Source: Planktothrix sp. GU0601_MAG3
GTDB lineage: Bacteria; Cyanobacteriota; Cyanobacteriia; Cyanobacteriales; Microcoleaceae
Length of the DNA stretch: 64,000 bases
Assembly: GCA_035193785.1 (NCBI GenBank)
Contig: CP136572.1
Location: 768,001 to 832,000, forward strand
Reading direction: 5' to 3'
In this document: one piece after another, positions 59,682 through 64,000 of the stretch
Layout: each line of letters begins with the position of its first letter
Position numbering within the stretch: position 1 is the first letter of the stretch
Notes under the pieces: model-generated
What the model was told of the DNA's origin: nothing
Seen by the model: the letters and a program-made list of their open reading frames with translations, nothing else
The model's database searches: none
Program-made: the position numbers and the translations under genes

Positions 59682-62373
59682 CTAGTCCACTGCCTCGTTA
59701 ATCGGATATCGGTCTATTAACTGACGGGCGCGTAGGGCATTCTTTTTCAGAGATTTACTTAGGTAAGGAACATGGGGGATTTGAGAGAGAAAATCCAAGG
59801 TTCTTCGGCACATTCGGACAATATCTCCTTCGTCCAAACTGGTATTAGAGACCAATTCTAACCAATCGGTTTCTAAGGCCCATTGCTCAATTAAACCCGT
59901 TAAATCCCGTTCTAACCAGATGGGTAAAGCAACCCGATACCGTCGTTGCTGCTTAAATAATTCCTGACGCAGATGGCGCAACTGTCCTAGGGCGTTTTCC
60001 ACTTCCTCCGATAAGTCGTAGCGTGTCCAACTATCGGGACGGGAAACCTCCGTAACCAAAGCTGCACAGGCCGCCGCCAAATGATGGGGGTCGAGTTGGT
60101 CAAAAATCCCCGATTTTAGGGCTAACCCCAACCATAATTCGTTATCTCCCCGCAGGGCGGCGGTGGCTTGTCCTAAATCCGTGGGCTTTAACTCATCTAG
60201 GGCTTGGAAGTATTGCAAAATTGAAATTAAAGCCATAAATTCATCCCAATGACGGGCTAAATCTTCCTCTAATTCCGCTCGCATTTCTTCAATCATTTCA
60301 TTTAATTCTGCCCAGCGTTGCCACCGTTTTAACAATTTATTCGGTTTGCCCCATTCATGGATGGGATGGGCGTCTAATTCTAACTCTAATCTTTCAACTT
60401 GTTCTTGTTGAGCGATAACTTCTGGAGGCGGTTCAGGTATATTTAATTCGGGAATTTGTTGGGTAGTGGCTATGGTTAACTCGTCTCCTTTACGACATTG
60501 ACCGAGTTTAAACGGAATATTAGGAATCTCCAGACAATCTACATTTAACCGTTTAGAATCAGATTGCAAAATCACAATATCAGAGGCACTCACCACATAC
60601 CAGCGATTATCCCGCCCCAAACAGAGGAAATAGGGGGCCTGTCCCGAACTGGGGGTTTTGGCGACTAACAAGGCGGGAATAGGGTCAGACTCGAAACTGC
60701 GGGCTGTAGGAACATTTTTTCCCCGTAACCCGACCGTTGTACCCAATGGGGTCGTGTCCATCAAGTTAGCCATCCGTTGCATTCGGCTATCTTCGGCTTG
60801 ATGTTGTAGGAGTTTTAATAAACGGCGTTTCTTCCCGCAGGTACTCATAAACTTTTTCAAAACTGGCTAGGGTTTCCTCCAACAATGCCATATTTTGTTC
60901 GCCACTAAAGCCAAATTGAGCTTCAATTAACGACAATTCCGCTTGCAGAATTTCTATTTCCTGTTGAGTAGGAATTAAATTAATTGTAGATAGATATTGT
61001 CCAAAACTCCGTTCAACTAATTCCTTAGATTTTTCTAAACTATGCCGTTGTAATAAGTTCAAAACCATGCCATAACTGGGGCTGAATTGACTTACTAAGG
61101 GGTCGGGTTTAGATGTGGCTAAATAGGCTGCTTCCTTTGCCCCCTCAAAGGGGGTTTGTACCGTGACTACATAGCCTTCGGTATCCATGCCCCGCCGTCC
61201 CGCCCGTCCCGACATTTGCAGAAATTCCGAGGGTTTTAACAGGCGATGACCGTCATCGGTGCGTTTTGATAAACTAGAAATTACCGTAGTTCTCGCGGGC
61301 ATATTAATCCCGGCGGCGAGGGTTTCCGTGGCAAATACCACCTTAATTAATCCCTGTTGAAATAACTCCTCAACTAACCCTTTCCAAGTGGGTAAAAGTC
61401 CGGCGTGGTGGGCGGCTATTCCCCGATATAAAATTTCCACTTGTTCGGGACGAATACCTTCGGGACTAGAGGCTAAAAACGCATCAATTCGTTCTTTTAA
61501 CCGGGCGGTTTCGGCTTCATTTACTAAGGATAAATTACGCACTTCTGCAACGGAGCGATCGCATCCTTTCCGACTAAAGATAAAATAAATTGCGGGTAAC
61601 ATATCCCGTTCTTGTAGATGGGAGATGACGGCGGTTAAACTGGGAATATCATTGCGTCTACCCTTTTGGGGAAGGCCCTTTTTTTCTTTGAGGCGAGGAT
61701 TAATTCTTTTCAGGGAGTCATCTAAGAGGGGAAAAAAGCCCTTAATATTGCAAAAATGATATTGTAGCGGTACGGGCCGAAAGTCGGAATAAATTAACTC
61801 CGTGGGGCCATGAACTTGGGAAATCCAGTGGGTTAATTGTTCACTATTGGCCACGGTTGCCGATAAGGCCACCAATTGAATTTCCCGGGGACAATAAATA
61901 ATTGATTCTTCCCACACCGTCCCCCGTTGGCGGTCATTCATATAATGGCATTCATCTAAAACCACCGCTTCTACCGCTTCCAGGGAAGTTCCGACTTCTC
62001 CAATCGGTGTACCATAGAGCATATTGCGGAAAATCTCCGTAGTCATCACCACCACGGCCGCGTCCCGGTTAACGGAAATATCCCCCGTTAATAACCCTAC
62101 CTTGTCCGCCCCAAACTGTTCTCGAAAGTCCCGAAACTTTTGATTGGATAGGGCCTTCAGGGGTGTGGTGTAGAAGACCCGCCGATTGCCCGCCAAGGCC
62201 CGATGGATGGCATATTCTCCTACTAAGGTTTTTCCCGAACCCGTGGGCGCACAGACCACAACGGACTTTCCCTCATCCAATGCGGTAATTGCATCGTCTT
62301 GAAATTCATCTAGGGGAAAGGGAAATAGCTTGCTTAAATCCAGGGAGGAATCGTTTTCGGTAGAGTGGGACAC
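59682..62373 (-). CDS. Ski2/HelY-like DEAD/DEAH-box RNA helicase, split at ~60828
   Basis: APTGSGKT, PLKALSNQK, DECH, SAT, ATETLAAGINMPAR, QMSGRAGRRG and C-terminal DEGDIVR; probable GTG start. Confidence 0.92.
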
Positions 62374-62442
62374 AGGAATATAAATAATAATACTAATTCT
62401 AAGGTTAAAATCCCTATCATAGCATGGATTTTTTTCAAAACA

Positions 62443-62760
62443 GTAGAGACGTGCCATGGCGCGTCTCTAGCAGTGTGGAAACCTGCCATGGCGCGTCTCT
62501 AGCAGTGTGGAAACCTGCCATGGCACGTCTCTAGCAGTGTGGAAACCTGCCATGGCACGTCTCTAGCAGTGTGGAAACCTGCCATGGCGCGTCTCTAGCA
62601 GTGTGGAAACCTGCCATGGCACGTCTGTACCAGTTAACTGATAAAAGAAAGACGCGCCGTGGCTCGTCTCTACACTGATAAAAGAAAGAAAGACGCGCCG
62701 TGGCTCGTCTCTACGGATAAAAGAAAGATAAAAGGAAGACGCGCCGTGGCTCGTCTCTAC
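62443..62760. repeat. REP-like tandem array
   Basis: Five 32-bp units CAGTGTGGAAACCTGCCATGGC(G/A)CGTCT at 62471, 62503, 62535, 62567 and 62599, then three GACGCGCCGTGGCTCGTCTCTAC units. Confidence 0.9.
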
Positions 62761-62796
62761 AGACTGAATAAAGTTACCCTAATTTTTAATGGTTTT

Positions 62797-63930
62797 ATGA
62801 TTCCTAATATTTCAACTATTCCCTTGATTCAACTGTCTTCTGGTGATCAATTGTTTATTCAAAGTTATCAGTTCACGGGCGAGAATCCAGGTAAAAAGGT
62901 TTATTTACAATCTAATTTACACGGGGCTGAAATTAGTGGAAATGCGGTAATTCAGGATTTAATTAATTTTTTAATAACTTTGGATAAGACTCAATTAACG
63001 GGAGAAATTTTATTAGTTCCTGTTTGTAATCCTTTGGGGGTGAATCAGCGATCGCATTATTTTTCCTCCGGCCGATATAATCTCTATGATGGCAAAGACT
63101 GGAATCGAATTTTTTGGGATTATGAAAAAACCGGAGCAAATATTAGTCAATTTGCCCAAGATTATCAGGATTTACCACAAGATGAAATTCAGGAAAAATA
63201 TCGTCAAACTATTTTAAATCAATTCCATCAACTGGCTAAATCCATCAGAAGTTCCCCCGGAGTTTCCTACAATAATTATTATCGCTATCAACTCCAAAAC
63301 CTAGCCTTAGATGCTGATTATGTGATTGATTTGCATAGTTCAACTAATAACGCCCTCGACTATTTATATTGTTTTCACAGTCGAGAGGAAAGTGCTAATG
63401 CCTTTCTATTGGATACGGGAATATTAATGAATGATTATGATGGGGATGCCTTTGATGAAGCCTTTATGAAGCCTTGGTTAGCCTTAGAACGCGAATTGGA
63501 CAAACTAGGAAAAAATATTAGATTTGAGATTGAATCTTGGACATTAGAACTGGGTTCGGGGTTAGAAATGAATCCCGAATCTGTGCAGAAAGGAATTAGG
63601 GGAATCAAAAATTATCTGGCGACCAAAGGACTTTTATCAATCGAAGATTTCCCCGTAACTTCTACCCCAAATCATCGGATTAATCTTACCCCTAAAGATG
63701 AAATTCAACGCTATTATTCCCCGGCCGGAGGCATGATTGAATTTTATGTTAAACTGGGAGAAACTATTCATAAAAACCAGAAACTCTATACTATTTTGAG
63801 TTTCAATAAAATTGGAGAATTACCCCAAATTCGGGAGGTTTGCGCCGAGGGGGACGGACTCATTTTCGACATCAGCAAAAATCATTCCGTAAATCAATGG
63901 GATTATGTTTTAGGGGTGATGCCGTCTTAA
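62797..63930 (+). CDS. Succinylglutamate desuccinylase/aspartoacylase-family protein
   Basis: LHGAE, NPLG, DWNR, IDLH, TLELG and a biotinyl-like tail; start moved downstream of the repeat array. Confidence 0.85.
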   Translation: MIPNISTIPLIQLSSGDQLFIQSYQFTGENPGKKVYLQSNLHGAEISGNAVIQDLINFLITLDKTQLTGEILLVPVCNPLGVNQRSHYFSSGRYNLYDGKDWNRIFWDYEKTGANISQFAQDYQDLPQDEIQEKYRQTILNQFHQLAKSIRSSPGVSYNNYYRYQLQNLALDADYVIDLHSSTNNALDYLYCFHSREESANAFLLDTGILMNDYDGDAFDEAFMKPWLALERELDKLGKNIRFEIESWTLELGSGLEMNPESVQKGIRGIKNYLATKGLLSIEDFPVTSTPNHRINLTPKDEIQRYYSPAGGMIEFYVKLGETIHKNQKLYTILSFNKIGELPQIREVCAEGDGLIFDISKNHSVNQWDYVLGVMPS

Positions 63931-64000
63931 ATCCTAGTTTTTTGCTAAACTAATTTCTGTAAAACCACTAAATATCCCATTAACATTGTGTTAGACGAAG

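Noticed and set aside
59373..59720. Gly/Ala-rich ORF
   Set aside because: Translation of the 9-mer repeat, overlapping real genes
84..60860. Mass pseudogenisation or programmed frameshifting
   Set aside because: The same +1 error occurs in one motif regardless of strand, includes core genes, and I saw no nonsense codons or other decay
62443..62760. Possible CRISPR array
   Set aside because: The 32-bp units are head-to-tail with no unique spacers and there are no cas genes. Its TGCCATGGCA core has no N3 gap, so it was not counted as an island palindrome.
62659..62796. N-terminal extension of the aspartoacylase-family ORF (likewise extensions at 18142, 20151 and 62457)
   Set aside because: These extensions begin in REP-like repeats; downstream starts give typical N-termini

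Overview
AT-rich genomic DNA from a cyanobacterium. Evidence: frequent HIP1 octamers (GCGATCGC), STRR heptamer arrays, ndhB, a hetP-like gene and hopanoid genes; gene style suggests a filamentous Oscillatoriales/Planktothrix-like strain (inference). Housekeeping genes include ndhB, the 2-oxoglutarate decarboxylase/SSA dehydrogenase pair, ggt, gshA, trmL, a LysM-M23 peptidase, tRNA-Met, cimA, ilvB, yifB, hpnA/hpnH and a Ski2-like helicase. An accessory block runs from ~31.2 to 51 kb. Its first part is a convergent pair: AAA_35-TM-16xWD40-TPR and AAA_35-adenylate cyclase. Its second part is a type I secretion island with a HetC-like C39-peptidase ABC transporter, HlyD, a HetP-like protein, a PpiC foldase, three RTX proteins, a PEP-CTERM protein and a small double-glycine-leader protein. 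The island carries six copies of a palindrome, TGCCA-N3-TGGCA, in its promoter regions. The HetP-like protein contains an internal copy of the small protein's export leader. One unnamed domain occurs both in the Sec/PEP-CTERM protein and in an RTX protein. All 29 reading-frame breaks I could resolve are repaired by removing one base from a GAAAC/GTTTC motif, which points to a systematic sequencing error; split genes are therefore reported joined, not as pseudogenes.
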